From an uncultured Gemmatimonadales bacterium (GTDB lineage: Bacteria > Gemmatimonadota > Gemmatimonadetes > Gemmatimonadales > GWC2-71-9), in the NCBI GenBank assembly GCA_963771275.1, contig CAVYSW010000009.1:224001-288000 (forward strand): a DNA stretch of 64,000 nt, written 5' to 3'. Positions 1 through 10,181 of this stretch are shown here, one piece after another. How positions within the stretch are numbered: position 1 is the first letter of the stretch; each line of letters begins with the position of its first letter. The notes under the pieces were generated by a model. The model ran no database searches. It was not told the origin of the DNA and was given only the letters and a program-made list of their open reading frames with translations. The translations under genes were made by a program, and so were the position numbers.

Positions 1-767
1 AGACCCGGTACGCGGTGGGTGACGCCCCGCAGCAAGACGTGCTGCAGGCGCAGGTGGCCGTCGCCCGGATGACCGAGGACATCACGGTCCTGGAGCAGCG
101 TCGCATCGCGGGGGGTGCCCGGCTCAACACGCTGATGGGACGGGACGCGACCAGCCCGATCGGCGGGCTCGAGCTTCCCGCGCCCGGCACCTCGCTGCCG
201 CCCGCGGATTCACTGATGCGCCTCGCCGCGACGCACCGGCCCGCGCTGCTCGCCGCGCAGCAGCGGGTGACGGCCGCGCAGGACGGCTACCGCGCTGCCC
301 GCCGCGAGCTGTACCCCGACCTCATGATCTCGGCGGCCTACGGCCAGCGCCCCCAGTACGGTGACATGGGGTCGCTGATGCTCGGGGTGAGCATCCCGCT
401 GTGGGCGGGGAGCCGGCAGCTGCCGCTGCGCCGCGAGATGGCGGCGCTGCGCACCGCGGAAGACGCGGCGGCCCGCGACCGCTACAACGAGACGTTCGCC
501 CAGCTCACCGAGCAACGCGCCGAGGCGGAGCGCGCACGCAGTCTCGCCGCGCTGTACACCACCGCCGTTCTGCCCCAGGCCCGGGCCGCGGTGGACGCGG
601 CGCTATCGGCGTACCGGGTGGGACAGGTGGAGTTCACGACGCTAATTGAGAGCGAGATGACGGTGAACAACTACGAAACCGAGCTGGTGCGACTCGCCGC
701 CCAGTATCACGCCGCCGTGGCGCGGGTGGTCGCGCTGATCGGCCTGGATCTTGGAGGCACCCCATGA
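1..767 (+). CDS. TolC/CusC-family outer membrane efflux protein (5' end outside window)
   Basis: Frame open from the window edge; OEP-like helical repeats (YPDL...GVSIPLW, AYRVGQVEF); first gene of an RND operon. Confidence 0.85.
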   Translation, partial: TRYAVGDAPQQDVLQAQVAVARMTEDITVLEQRRIAGGARLNTLMGRDATSPIGGLELPAPGTSLPPADSLMRLAATHRPALLAAQQRVTAAQDGYRAARRELYPDLMISAAYGQRPQYGDMGSLMLGVSIPLWAGSRQLPLRREMAALRTAEDAAARDRYNETFAQLTEQRAEAERARSLAALYTTAVLPQARAAVDAALSAYRVGQVEFTTLIESEMTVNNYETELVRLAAQYHAAVARVVALIGLDLGGTP

Positions 768-1996
768 ACGCCCGCATGGTCGTCCCCGCCCTGCTCGTGC
801 TCGCCGCCGCCTGCGGGCGTCGCCCCGAAGAGCAGTCCCCGATGGCCGGCATGACCGCCGAGGAGCACGCGCGCATGCAGGCGGGCGGCGCGACCATGCC
901 CGACACCGGCGGGGCGCCCGCCCGCCAGGCGGTCCATCTCACGCCCGAGCAGGAGCGCGCGCTCGGCGTCACCTACCTCACCGTGCGACGGCAGCCGCTC
1001 AGGCGCACGGTGCGGACCGTGGGCGAGATCATGGCCGCCGAGCCCCGGATCGCGGACGTCACGCTGAAGATCGACGGGTTCGTCGAGACGCTGCGCGTGA
1101 GCACCACGGGCGCGGAGGTGCGGCGCGGCGAGGCGCTGCTCGCCCTCTACAGTCCCGCGCTGGTCGCGGCGCAGGAGGACCTGCTGACCGCCCGCCGTCT
1201 GGTCGCGGAGGTCGCGTCGGCGGGCGGCGAGCCCGCGCGCGACGCCGACGCCACGCTCGCGGCGGCCCGCCGGCGGCTCGAGTTCTGGGACATCACGCCC
1301 GCGGAAGTCGCGCGGCTCGAAGCGACGGGCGAGGTCCGCAAGACCCTCACCCTCGTGTCGCCGGTCACCGGCGTGGTGCTCGACAAGGACGTGCTGCAGG
1401 GCCAGCGGGTCATGCCGGGGATGCGGCTCTACCGCATCGCGGATCTCTCGGAGGTGTGGGTCGAGGGCGAGTTGTTCGAGCAGGACCTCAAGCTGATCCG
1501 GGCCGGCACGCAGGCGCACATCGAGGTGGCGGCCTACCCCGGACAGCATCTCATGGGCCGCGTGTCGTTCGTCTATCCCACCGTCGACACGGAGAGCCGC
1601 ACCAACCGGGTGCGCGTGACCGTGCCGAATCCAGATCGCCGGCTCAAGCCCGGCATGTTCGCCACGATGTACTTCGACGTCACCGTCGGCAGCGACCTCA
1701 TCGTGATCCCGATGGAAGCCATCGTGGTGACCGGCGAGCGCAACCTCGTGTTCGTGCGGGACAGCAGCGGCATGCTGAGCCCGCGCCAGATCGTGCTCGG
1801 CGCCAGGGCGGATCACGAGGCGCAAGTGCTCGCCGGCCTGCAGGAGGGCGAGCGCATCGTCGCGTCTGCCAACTTCCTGGTGGATGCCGAGTCCCGGCTC
1901 GCGAACACCGGCGGCGGCATGCCGGGCATGCAGCACGGGGCGATGGAGCCGCCCGCGCCAACGCCACCCGCGGCCACGGAGCACCGCCATGATTAG
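764..1996 (+). CDS. cusB: CusB-like RND periplasmic adaptor subunit
   Basis: Lipoprotein-like signal, Met/His-rich termini, LYSPALVAAQED and LKPGMF motifs; ATGA overlap with the upstream gene. Confidence 0.85.
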   Translation: MNARMVVPALLVLAAACGRRPEEQSPMAGMTAEEHARMQAGGATMPDTGGAPARQAVHLTPEQERALGVTYLTVRRQPLRRTVRTVGEIMAAEPRIADVTLKIDGFVETLRVSTTGAEVRRGEALLALYSPALVAAQEDLLTARRLVAEVASAGGEPARDADATLAAARRRLEFWDITPAEVARLEATGEVRKTLTLVSPVTGVVLDKDVLQGQRVMPGMRLYRIADLSEVWVEGELFEQDLKLIRAGTQAHIEVAAYPGQHLMGRVSFVYPTVDTESRTNRVRVTVPNPDRRLKPGMFATMYFDVTVGSDLIVIPMEAIVVTGERNLVFVRDSSGMLSPRQIVLGARADHEAQVLAGLQEGERIVASANFLVDAESRLANTGGGMPGMQHGAMEPPAPTPPAATEHRHD

Positions 1997-4900
1997 CGCG
2001 GTCATCGCCTGGTCGCTGCGCAACCGGTTCCTGGTGCTGCTGGGGACGCTGTTCCTCGCCGGCGCCGGGGTCTGGGCCATGCGCGCCACGCCCCTCGACG
2101 CGATCCCCGACCTGTCGGACGTGCAGGTGATCGTCCAGACCGACTTCGCCGAGCAGGCGCCGCAGATCGTCGAGGATCAGGTGACGTACCCGGTTGCGAC
2201 CGAGATGCTGAAGGTGCCGGGCGCCCGCGTGGTGCGCGGCTATTCGTTCTTCGGGCTGAGTCTCGTGTACGTGATCTTCGAGGACGGTACGGACCTCTAC
2301 TGGGCGCGCTCCCGCGTCCTCGAGTACTTGAACGGGATCCGCCGCCAGCTCCCGGCCGGCATCGAGCCCGCTCTCGGCCCGGACGCCACCGGCGTGGGCT
2401 GGGTGTTCGAGTACACGCTCGAATCGGACAGTCTCGACCTCGCGCAGCTGCGCAGCCTGCAGGACTGGAACATCCGCTACCAGCTGACCGCCGTGCCGGG
2501 CGTGTCCGAGGTGGCGAGCGTCGGCGGCTTCGTGAAGCAGTACCAGGTGGAGGTGGACCCCGAGCGGCTGCGCGCGTTCAACATCCCCGTCACCCGCGTG
2601 GCGGAGGCCATCGGCGCGCACAACGTCGACATCGGCGCCCGGGTGCTGGAAATGGGCGGGCGCGAGTACATGATCCGCGGGCTGGGCTACCTCCAGGGCA
2701 TCGACGATATCGCCGACGTCACGGTCGGCGCCACGCAGAACGGCACGCCGATCCGTGTCGCCGACGTGGCCACGGTCCAGACCGGACCGGCGCCCCGGCG
2801 CGGCGCCGCCGATCTCGACGGCCGCGGCGAGGTCGTGGCCGGAATCGTCGTGATGCGCTTCGGGTCGGATGCCCTGAAGACCATCGAGGCCGTGAAGGCG
2901 CGCCTCGAGACGGTCCGGGCGGGGCTGCCGCCGGGTGTGCGGCTCCGCACCGCCTACGACCGGAGCGACCTGATCCACCGCGCCATCGCGACGCTGCGCG
3001 GCAAGCTGCTCGAGGAGTCGCTGATCGTGGCGGCCGTCGCGCTGCTGTTCCTGCTGCATGCGCGCTCCGCGCTCGTCGCGATCGTCACGCTGCCCCTCGG
3101 CATCCTGTTCTCGTTCGTGATCATGCGGCTCATCGGGGTGAGCGCCAACATCATGAGCCTGGGCGGCATCGCGATCGCCATCGGCGCCATGGTGGACGCC
3201 GCCATCGTGATGATCGAGAACATGCACAAGCACCTCGAGCGCGCCGGCCCCGACGCCTCGCGCTGGGACATCGTGCTGGCGAGCGCGAAGCAGGTGGGGC
3301 CGCCGTTGTTCTTCTCGCTCCTCGTCATCACGTGCAGCTTCCTGCCGGTGTTCGCGCTCGAGCAGCAGGAGGGCCGCCTCTTCAAGCCGCTCGCCTACAC
3401 CAAGACGTTCGCCATGGCGGGTGCCGCCCTGCTCTCGATCACGCTGGTGCCGGTGCTGATGGGGTATCTCGTCCGGGGAAGGATCCGCGCCGAGCGCGCC
3501 AATCCCGTCAACCGGCTGCTCCAGGGGCTCTATGCCCCGGTCATCCGCTTCACCCTGCATCGGCCCTGGTGGATCATCGGCGGTGCCGTGGCGTTGGTCG
3601 GCGCGACCGCGGTTCCATGGACCCGGCTCGGCAGCGAATTCATGCCACCCCTGCACGAGGGCTCGATCCTGTTCATGCCCACCACCGTGCCCGGCGTGTC
3701 GATCGCGCAGGCGCGCGAGATCATGCGCTACCAGGACAGCGTGCTGGCCTCGTTCCCGGAGGTGGAGCGCGTGCTCGGGAAGGCCGGACGGGCGGAGACC
3801 GCGACCGACCCCGCCCCGCTCGACATGTTCGAGACGACCGTGACGCTCCGGCCGGAGCGGGACTGGCGACCCGGTATGACGTACGACCGGCTCGTGACCG
3901 AGATGGACCGCGCCGTGAAGCTCCCCGGCGTCACGAACGCGTGGACCATGCCGATCAAGGGGCGGATCGACATGCTCGCCACCGGCATCCGCACGCCGGT
4001 GGGGGTCAAGATCTTCGGCCCCAACCTCGACACGCTCCAGGCGCTCGGCGAGCGGGTCGAGCGCGTGCTGCAGCAGGTTCCCGGCACCCGGAGCGCCTTC
4101 GCCGAGCGCGGCGTCTCCGGCTACTACATCGACATCACCATCGATCGGGCGGAGGCCGCGCGCTACGGCTTGAACGCGGGCGACATCCACGCCGCGATCA
4201 TGGCCTCCGTGGGTGGGCTGGACGCCGCCATTACCGTGGAGGGCCGCGAGCGTTACGCCGTGAACGTGCGGTATCCCCGCGAGCTCCGGGACAACGTGCA
4301 GAAGCTGCGCGAGGTGCTTGTGCCCACGATGACCGGCACGCAAGTGCCGCTCGGCCAACTCGCGCGCGTGACCGTCCTCCAGGGGCCGATGGCCGTGAAG
4401 ACCGAGAACGCCTTCCCCGTCTCCACCGTGTTCGTGGACATCGGCCAGCGCGACGTCGGGCGCTACGTGCGCGACGCCCAGGCGGCCGTGGCGCGCACGG
4501 TCGTCCCGCCGACCGGCTATTCCATCGTGTGGAGCGGCCAGTACGAGTTCATGCAGCGGGTGAAGCAGAAGCTCCGACTGGTCGTGCCGGTGACGGTCGC
4601 CATCATCTTCCTGCTGCTGTACCTCAACTTTCGTGGGCTGACGGAATCGGCGATCGTCATGCTGTCGGTTCCGTTCGCGCTCGTGGGCGGGGTCTGGTAC
4701 CTCTGGCTCGCCGGCTACAACACCAGTGTCGCGGTTTGGGTCGGCTTCATCGCACTGGCGGGGGTCGCGGCAGAGACGGGTGTCGTGATGCTGATCTACC
4801 TCGACGAGGCATACCACCGCATGGCGCTCGCGGGAACCATCCACACCGCGGCCGACGTCGGGACGGCGGTGCGTGACGGTGCGGTGGAGCGCCTCCGGCC

Positions 4901-5132
4901 CAAGATCATGACCGTCACGGCCATCATCGCCGGCCTGGCCCCGATCCTCTGGAGCCACGGGACCGGCGCCGACGTGATGAAGCGAATCGCGGCGCCGATG
5001 GTGGGCGGCATGGTCACGTCGACCGTGCTGACGCTGGTCGTGATCCCGGCGATTTACCTGTTGTGGCGGCGGTGGGAGGTGGGGCGGGCGAGCCGCGCAG
5101 CGCCGGCCCCAGGGAGTGAACTGCGCTCTTGA
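1989..5132 (+). CDS. cusA: CusA/CzcA heavy-metal RND permease
   Basis: Starts [14 protein letters not shown] at ATG 1989; [39 protein letters not shown] motifs. Confidence 0.92.
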   Translation: MISAVIAWSLRNRFLVLLGTLFLAGAGVWAMRATPLDAIPDLSDVQVIVQTDFAEQAPQIVEDQVTYPVATEMLKVPGARVVRGYSFFGLSLVYVIFEDGTDLYWARSRVLEYLNGIRRQLPAGIEPALGPDATGVGWVFEYTLESDSLDLAQLRSLQDWNIRYQLTAVPGVSEVASVGGFVKQYQVEVDPERLRAFNIPVTRVAEAIGAHNVDIGARVLEMGGREYMIRGLGYLQGIDDIADVTVGATQNGTPIRVADVATVQTGPAPRRGAADLDGRGEVVAGIVVMRFGSDALKTIEAVKARLETVRAGLPPGVRLRTAYDRSDLIHRAIATLRGKLLEESLIVAAVALLFLLHARSALVAIVTLPLGILFSFVIMRLIGVSANIMSLGGIAIAIGAMVDAAIVMIENMHKHLERAGPDASRWDIVLASAKQVGPPLFFSLLVITCSFLPVFALEQQEGRLFKPLAYTKTFAMAGAALLSITLVPVLMGYLVRGRIRAERANPVNRLLQGLYAPVIRFTLHRPWWIIGGAVALVGATAVPWTRLGSEFMPPLHEGSILFMPTTVPGVSIAQAREIMRYQDSVLASFPEVERVLGKAGRAETATDPAPLDMFETTVTLRPERDWRPGMTYDRLVTEMDRAVKLPGVTNAWTMPIKGRIDMLATGIRTPVGVKIFGPNLDTLQALGERVERVLQQVPGTRSAFAERGVSGYYIDITIDRAEAARYGLNAGDIHAAIMASVGGLDAAITVEGRERYAVNVRYPRELRDNVQKLREVLVPTMTGTQVPLGQLARVTVLQGPMAVKTENAFPVSTVFVDIGQRDVGRYVRDAQAAVARTVVPPTGYSIVWSGQYEFMQRVKQKLRLVVPVTVAIIFLLLYLNFRGLTESAIVMLSVPFALVGGVWYLWLAGYNTSVAVWVGFIALAGVAAETGVVMLIYLDEAYHRMALAGTIHTAADVGTAVRDGAVERLRPKIMTVTAIIAGLAPILWSHGTGADVMKRIAAPMVGGMVTSTVLTLVVIPAIYLLWRRWEVGRASRAAPAPGSELRS

Positions 5133-5218
5133 GCCCGATGATCGCCGCGGCGGCGATGAGCTTCAGCTCCGTGTCCGTGATCGGCAACGCGCTCCGGCTG
5201 CGACGGGCCCGGGTGTGA
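5126..5218 (+). pseudogene. C-terminal stub of a Cu-type P1B ATPase (CopA-like)
   Basis: Translates [30 protein letters not shown], the characteristic last TM helix of P1B ATPases; the rest of the gene is absent. Confidence 0.8.
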
Positions 5219-5293
5219 CCGCGTCGGCCCGCGGGGGCCACTGACGGTTCGTGTCGCGGCAGACCTCGCTCATCGCAGCCGCCGGCGTGCCCG

Positions 5294-5357
5294 AATGTCC
5301 GATGATCAATGCCCAATATCCAAGTACTTGGACATTGGCCATTGATCATTGGACCTT
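5294..5357. repeat. Heptamer palindrome H1
   Basis: AATGTCC-GATGATC-AATGCCC-AATATCC / AAGTACTT / GGACATT-GGCCATT-GATCATT-GGACCTT. Confidence 0.9.
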
Positions 5358-5360
5358 TCG

Positions 5361-6062
5361 TCACCGTCCCAACCCCACCGTCACGCCGAGATGGTAGAGG
5401 ATCAGGTTGGTCTGACTCTCGATCGGCGTGTACGTCACGGTGTTCCCCGTGATGGCGATGCTACCCTCGCGCAGGTACCGGGCGCGCCCGTTGTACAGGT
5501 AGCGGGCACCGAGGTCCAGCGACACCGGGAACCGCCCGTGCGAGACTCGGAACCGCACTCCGCCACCCGCCGAGGTCGCGAACGTGAAGTCGTCGAAATT
5601 GGTGGTGTTCGCGAACGGCGCGACGTTCCCGCTCCCCTCGACGGACGACGACGTGACGAAGTACGAGAAGCCCAGCTCACCGTATCCATACACCTGGGCG
5701 GCACCCGTGCCGAGCGTGACCTGGGGACCGAGCTGGAACCCCGCGATCTGATTGTTGGTGGTCACGTCCACGTCCACCAGCGGGACGAGCTGATACCGCC
5801 GCGTCTCGCTTCCATAGATCAGGTAGCTCGCGTCCGCGCGAAGGCCCAGAACGCCGCCCGGCGTCCAGACGGCGTACCCAGCCAGTCCGCCGCCGAGGCC
5901 GACGTAGTTGGCGAACTCGCCCGTGGGCTGTGCCAGCAGCACCGCGAGGCCGAGGTGCGTGTTCGTCGTTCGCACGGGCCTCAAACCCTGCGCCTGCGCC
6001 GCGCTCGCCGTCACGGCCAACACCAGCACCGTTCCCGCGATGACTTTCAGTCCGGTCCTCAT
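5361..6062 (-). CDS. Outer membrane beta-barrel protein
   Basis: GGAGG SD before ATG 6062; signal peptide (..ASAAQA-Q); alternating beta-strand pattern. Confidence 0.7.
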   Translation of the reverse strand: MRTGLKVIAGTVLVLAVTASAAQAQGLRPVRTTNTHLGLAVLLAQPTGEFANYVGLGGGLAGYAVWTPGGVLGLRADASYLIYGSETRRYQLVPLVDVDVTTNNQIAGFQLGPQVTLGTGAAQVYGYGELGFSYFVTSSSVEGSGNVAPFANTTNFDDFTFATSAGGGVRFRVSHGRFPVSLDLGARYLYNGRARYLREGSIAITGNTVTYTPIESQTNLILYHLGVTVGLGR

Positions 6063-6094
6063 ACGGCCTCCTGACGTTCGCGAAGGACCATAAG

Positions 6095-6150
6095 GCAGGA
6101 GGTGTGCCAATGCACATCGCTCGCGCATGGCCTTGTGAATCAATCGGTTA
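6095..6150 (-). promoter_or_regulatory. Sigma54-type promoter with IHF site
   Basis: Minus strand TGGCAC-ACCTC-CTGC (6095-6109); AATCAATCGGTTA (6138-6150) matches WATCAA-N4-TTR; CTGTCC..GGACAG palindrome at 6182-6201. Confidence 0.6.
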
Positions 6151-6266
6151 CCCTGCTGGCCCCGGGTTGACCTCTGTCGTTCTGTCCTCGTTCGGGGACA
6201 GCGCGCCGACGCGAGAGGGTTCCGCGGTGGGCGCTCCTCCACGGACGGGTCGAAGCGCCGCCCGGT

Positions 6267-6932
6267 TCATGGCTTCTCCATCACGAACACGAAAAACGGC
6301 CAGAGCGGAATGCCGATGTACCTGGTGAACAGCGTGCGCGCGCCGGCGCGCTCGAGAGCGGGAAGCACCGAGACCGAACGGCAGCCAAGGGACAGCGTCG
6401 GGAACCGCCACACGACGTCCTCGACGACATTCGCGAGCCACCGCGTCAGGCGGCCCGGGGGCTCCGCCGAGTGCGCGATCCCGATGCGGCCACCGGGCTT
6501 GGCGACCCGCAGGAGCTCCAAGGCGCCGTCCGCCGGCCTGTACAATGGACACATGCTGTAGGTCGAGAGCACGACATCGAAGCTCCCGTCCGCGAACGGC
6601 AGGGCGAGGATATCGCCGGTGCGAAACTCGACGCGCGCGGAGAAACCCGCGGCCGCCACCCGACGTCGGGCCACGGCGAGCATGCCCTCGCTGGCGTCGA
6701 GCGCCGTGACGCTCCCCGATGGCCCGACCTGCGATGCCGCGAGCAGCGCGGTCGACCCCGTGCCCGCGCCGCAGTCCAGCACACGGTCGCCCGCCCGTAC
6801 GGCCTGCTCCACCAGCAGTCGGCGTCCTCGTTGATCCGAGCGGGCAGTCAGGACCCCGTGCTGAAGGTCGTAGCGCTGCGCCACGCGGTCGTACACCGTC
6901 TTCAGCGTCTGTGGATCGAGTCCCTCCCGCAT
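6267..6932 (-). CDS. Class I SAM-dependent methyltransferase (UbiE-like)
   Basis: VLDCGAGTG motif I, LDASEGML, LPFADGSFD; GGAGGAG SD before ATG 6932. Confidence 0.85.
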   Translation of the reverse strand: MREGLDPQTLKTVYDRVAQRYDLQHGVLTARSDQRGRRLLVEQAVRAGDRVLDCGAGTGSTALLAASQVGPSGSVTALDASEGMLAVARRRVAAAGFSARVEFRTGDILALPFADGSFDVVLSTYSMCPLYRPADGALELLRVAKPGGRIGIAHSAEPPGRLTRWLANVVEDVVWRFPTLSLGCRSVSVLPALERAGARTLFTRYIGIPLWPFFVFVMEKP

Positions 6933-6945
6933 GGGCTCCTCCGAG

Positions 6946-7048
6946 AATGCCCTAATGACTAATGTCCTGTGATCGGCGTCCAATGGGCAGGCCTGCGATC
7001 TCCTGCCCTTGCTAATTGGTAATTGGACATTGGGGATTGGACATTGGA
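6946..7048. repeat. Degenerate heptamer palindrome H2
   Basis: AATGCCC/AATGACT/AATGTCC left arm; AATTGGT-AATTGGA-CATTGGG-GATTGGA-CATTGGA right arm. Confidence 0.75.
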
Positions 7049-7149
7049 TCCCCGCAACGCCAATCGCCCCAGCCACTTGCCGAAGCCGCGCCGAATTTCC
7101 GTTACCCACGTCACGGCGCCGCACCCCCCGCCGGTGACTTCGTGTACCC

Positions 7150-8172
7150 GTGCCGATGCCTCTACCCGCTCCGCCCGGACCGGCGCGACGACGTGCGCGG
7201 TCTCAGCGGTGCAGCCACTGGTGCGTCATCACGTGGCTGGTCGCGCTCCCGGCCTGCGCGCCGGCGGTTCCCACCGACCTCGTGTGGGTCGAGATCCCAG
7301 AGGGCGCGCCGGTCGAAGCCGTGGCGGAGTCGCTCGCCGTGCACGGCATCGTTCCCTCGGCTGAAGGGTTCGTGCGCCTCGCGCGATACGACGGCCAGTA
7401 CCGCGATATCAAGCCCGGGCTCTATCCCCTGCCGCCACGCATGGGCCGGTACAACGCGCTATCCACCCTGCTCAAGGGTGTCGGACGGGTGCGGGTCATC
7501 GAGGTGCGGGAGCGGATGACGCTGATCGAGCTGGCTGACGCGCTGGTACAAACCCTCGGGGTGGGGCGCGCAGAGGTGCTGGCGGCCGCGAGCGATTCCG
7601 CGCTCCGCGCCCAGGTGGGCGCGGCGGGCCCGACCATCGAGGGGTATCTGTTCCCCACGACCTACCATGTGCCCTTCGACGCGTCGGTGCCGGTAATCCT
7701 CGGCCAGATGGCGGACACCTTCGAGGCGCGCTGGCGGCCCGCCTGGAACGCGCGCCTCGACACGCTCGGGCTCTCGCGTGACCAGGTGGTGATCCTCGCC
7801 TCGATCATCGCGGGGGAGATGCCGCTCGGCGACGAGCGCTTCCAGGTGGCGTCGATGTACCACAACCGGCTCGCCCGCCGGATGCGGCTCCAGGCTGACC
7901 CCACGGTGGTCTACACGCTGGGCGAGCGTCGTCGCCTGACCTTTGCGGATTACCGCGTCGCGTCGGACTACAACACGTACACGATCAACGGCCTTCCGCC
8001 CGGCCCCATCGGGCAGCCGTCCACCGAGAGTCTCGAGGCCGCGCTCTACCCGGCGACGACCGATTTCCTGTACATGGTGGCCGGGCCCGACGGGTCCCAC
8101 GCGTTCTCGCGCACGTACGTTGAGCACCTGCGGACGATTCGGGAGATCCGGGGCGGGGGGAGAGGGCGGTGA
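7150..8172 (+). CDS. mltG: Endolytic transglycosylase MltG
   Basis: EGYLFPTTY, LASII.GE, RLQADPTV.Y, YNTY..GLPPGPI motifs; start uncertain. Confidence 0.88.
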   Translation: MPMPLPAPPGPARRRARSQRCSHWCVITWLVALPACAPAVPTDLVWVEIPEGAPVEAVAESLAVHGIVPSAEGFVRLARYDGQYRDIKPGLYPLPPRMGRYNALSTLLKGVGRVRVIEVRERMTLIELADALVQTLGVGRAEVLAAASDSALRAQVGAAGPTIEGYLFPTTYHVPFDASVPVILGQMADTFEARWRPAWNARLDTLGLSRDQVVILASIIAGEMPLGDERFQVASMYHNRLARRMRLQADPTVVYTLGERRRLTFADYRVASDYNTYTINGLPPGPIGQPSTESLEAALYPATTDFLYMVAGPDGSHAFSRTYVEHLRTIREIRGGGRGR

Positions 8173-8175
8173 TCG

Positions 8176-8213
8176 AATGCTCAATGTTCAATGCTCAATG
8201 TTCAATGTTCAAT
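8176..8213. repeat. Heptamer arm H3a (left-type)
   Basis: AATGCTC-AATGTTC-AATGCTC-AATGTTC-AATGTTC-AAT starting 4 nt after the mltG stop. Confidence 0.9.
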
Positions 8214-8327
8214 ACTGGTTTCCAGGTATCCGGCATCGAGTCCCAGGATTGAGTCGTGGGATTCGAATTGCGCTGCCTCGCAGCACTTTGGTGATGCACG
8301 AGGGCACGGTCGCCCCAGAGTTGGGGC

Positions 8328-8699
8328 ATGGCTCCGCGTCGGTACGATCTGGAGGATCGCCTGCTCGCGTTTGCGATCTCCGCGTCTCGCCTCACGACTG
8401 CCTTTCCGCCCAGCATGGTGGGCCGGCACGCCGGGCTACAGCTGATTCGATCTGCGACATCTCCGGCCGCCAACTATGCGGAAGCCGTGGCGGCGGAGTC
8501 CCGCCGCGATTTCGTACACAAGCTCCGCATCTGTCTCAAGGAGCTGCGCGAGGTGCGCATCTGGCTCCGGTTCGTTGTGGGAGTCGAACTCGCTCCGAGC
8601 GCGGCTGTCGTGGGAGCGGGTCGCGAATGCGATGAGCTGATCGCGATCCTCGCCGCCTCCATCAGGACGGCGAAAGGCAGAGCGTCAAGCGATCAATGA
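8328..8699 (+). CDS. Four helix bundle protein (23S rRNA IVS protein / Avd-like family)
   Basis: DLEDRL..FA, QLIRSATS..ANYAEA..AESRRDFVHKL.I.LKE.RE...WL signature; 123 aa. Confidence 0.9.
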   Translation: MAPRRYDLEDRLLAFAISASRLTTAFPPSMVGRHAGLQLIRSATSPAANYAEAVAAESRRDFVHKLRICLKELREVRIWLRFVVGVELAPSAAVVGAGRECDELIAILAASIRTAKGRASSDQ

Positions 8700-8791
8700 T
8701 CAGTGTTCAAATGATCAGTGTTCAATAGATCAGTGTTCAAGTCCCCTCTAGACCTTGGATATTGGATATTGAACATTGATCATTGAACATT
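8695..8791. repeat. Heptamer palindrome H3b
   Basis: (AATGATC-AGTGTTC)x3-like left arm containing the four-helix stop; right arm GGATATT-GGATATT-GAACATT-GATCATT-GAACATT. Confidence 0.9.
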
Positions 8792-8797
8792 GCTCCC

Positions 8798-10012
8798 ATG
8801 ATCCCTATTCCTCCCCGCATCCTGCAGGTGGATGCCGACGCCTTTTACGTCCAGGTCGCCCGCCTGGCGGACCCGGAGGGCGCGGGGCGCGCCGACCTGC
8901 TGCTCGTGGGCGGCTCGCCCAAGGGCCGCGGGGTCGTTACCTCGGCGTCCTACGGCGCGCGCCGGTTCGGCGTGCGATCGGGCATGGCCATGGCACAGGC
9001 GGTGCGGCTCTGCCCCGATGCCCTGGTGGTCGGGGTGCCACGGCGCGCGACGTCGGAGCGCAGCCGGGCGATCGTCGCGGTGCTGGAGCGATTCACTCCC
9101 GTGGTGGAGCCCGCGTCGATCGACGAGATGTACCTCGACCTCTCCGGCACCGAGGGGCTCTATCGCCACGAGCCGCTCGAGGCGACGGCGCGCCGCATCC
9201 GGGAGGCCGTGCTCGCCGAGTCCGCGATCGCGGTCTCGATCGGCGGCGGCACCAATCGGCTCATCGCCAAGCTCGCGGCGGGACGTGCCAAGCCGCACCA
9301 CACGCCCGAGGCGGCGGGCGTGCTGATCGTTCCGCCGGGGGAGGAAGCGGCGTTCCTCCGGACTTTCGATCTGGCGGATATCCCGGGGGTCGGCCCCAGA
9401 TTCCAGGATCGGCTGCTCGCGCTGGGCCTCAAGACGATCCCCGACGCGCTGCGCCACGACCGCGCGGTGCTGCGCCGCTGGCTGAGCCCGCGCGCGGGCG
9501 ACTGGCTCTACGACCGGATCCGCGGGGTGGATGCCTCGACCGTCGAACGCCGCGCCGCCGCCCGGTCGATCAGCCGCGACGAGACCTTCGCGACCGACCT
9601 GGACGCGGACGAGGCGCTGCGGGCCGAGCTGCTCCATCTCGCGGATCGCGCCGCCGCCGATCTCCGCGGCGACGGCTATCGGGTGCGGACCGTGAGTGTC
9701 CGGATCCGGGATCGCGATTTCAAGGACCGGCGCGCAAGCCGGACCCTCGCCGTACCGGTGAGCAGCGATCACGCGATCGCGCAGGTGGCGCTCGAGCTGC
9801 TCGCCCGGCTGCGGCGCGCGCGCCACATTCCCGCCCGGCTGCTGAGCGTGGCGCTGACCCAGCTCTCCCGGGAGCCGTCGGCCGTGCAGGGTGGCTTGTT
9901 CCCGGAAGACGACCTCGCATCGTTGGAGACGGAGCGGGACCGGCGCCTGTCCCGCGCGCTCGACGAGCTGCGAGGCCGGTTCGGCCGGGACGCGGTGGAT
10001 CGGGGGCGGTAG
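8798..10012 (+). CDS. dinB: DNA polymerase IV (Y family)
   Basis: VDADAFY, SASYGARRFGVRSGM, SIDEMY, AKLA, IPGVG motifs. Confidence 0.92.
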   Translation: MIPIPPRILQVDADAFYVQVARLADPEGAGRADLLLVGGSPKGRGVVTSASYGARRFGVRSGMAMAQAVRLCPDALVVGVPRRATSERSRAIVAVLERFTPVVEPASIDEMYLDLSGTEGLYRHEPLEATARRIREAVLAESAIAVSIGGGTNRLIAKLAAGRAKPHHTPEAAGVLIVPPGEEAAFLRTFDLADIPGVGPRFQDRLLALGLKTIPDALRHDRAVLRRWLSPRAGDWLYDRIRGVDASTVERRAAARSISRDETFATDLDADEALRAELLHLADRAAADLRGDGYRVRTVSVRIRDRDFKDRRASRTLAVPVSSDHAIAQVALELLARLRRARHIPARLLSVALTQLSREPSAVQGGLFPEDDLASLETERDRRLSRALDELRGRFGRDAVDRGR

Positions 10013-10181
10013 GACCGCGGGCCCGGTCACTTTCGGGTCTCGCGCGCCCCGCCGCCCGTCGCAACGCGCGGGCGTCTTCGAGCATCACATAGGAGATGAA
10101 CCCTGAATCTTCCGGTCCCCCACCCCGTACGGCATGTTTGGACCGCTGGTTAGCCACCCTGCCCCACACCGGAGTCGCGTC

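Noticed and set aside
1698..4958. Long antisense ORFs (1086 aa here; also 10398-13388, 38412-41483 and others)
   Set aside because: Shadow frames of real genes in GC-rich DNA; no motifs or expression signals.
8176..8445. Short ORFs beginning MLNVQCS / MSNAQ / MNIEH
   Set aside because: Artefacts of ATG and TTG codons within the heptamer repeats.
8328..8699. Diversity-generating retroelement (Avd-like gene)
   Set aside because: No reverse transcriptase and no TR/VR pair with adenine-specific mismatches seen in the window.
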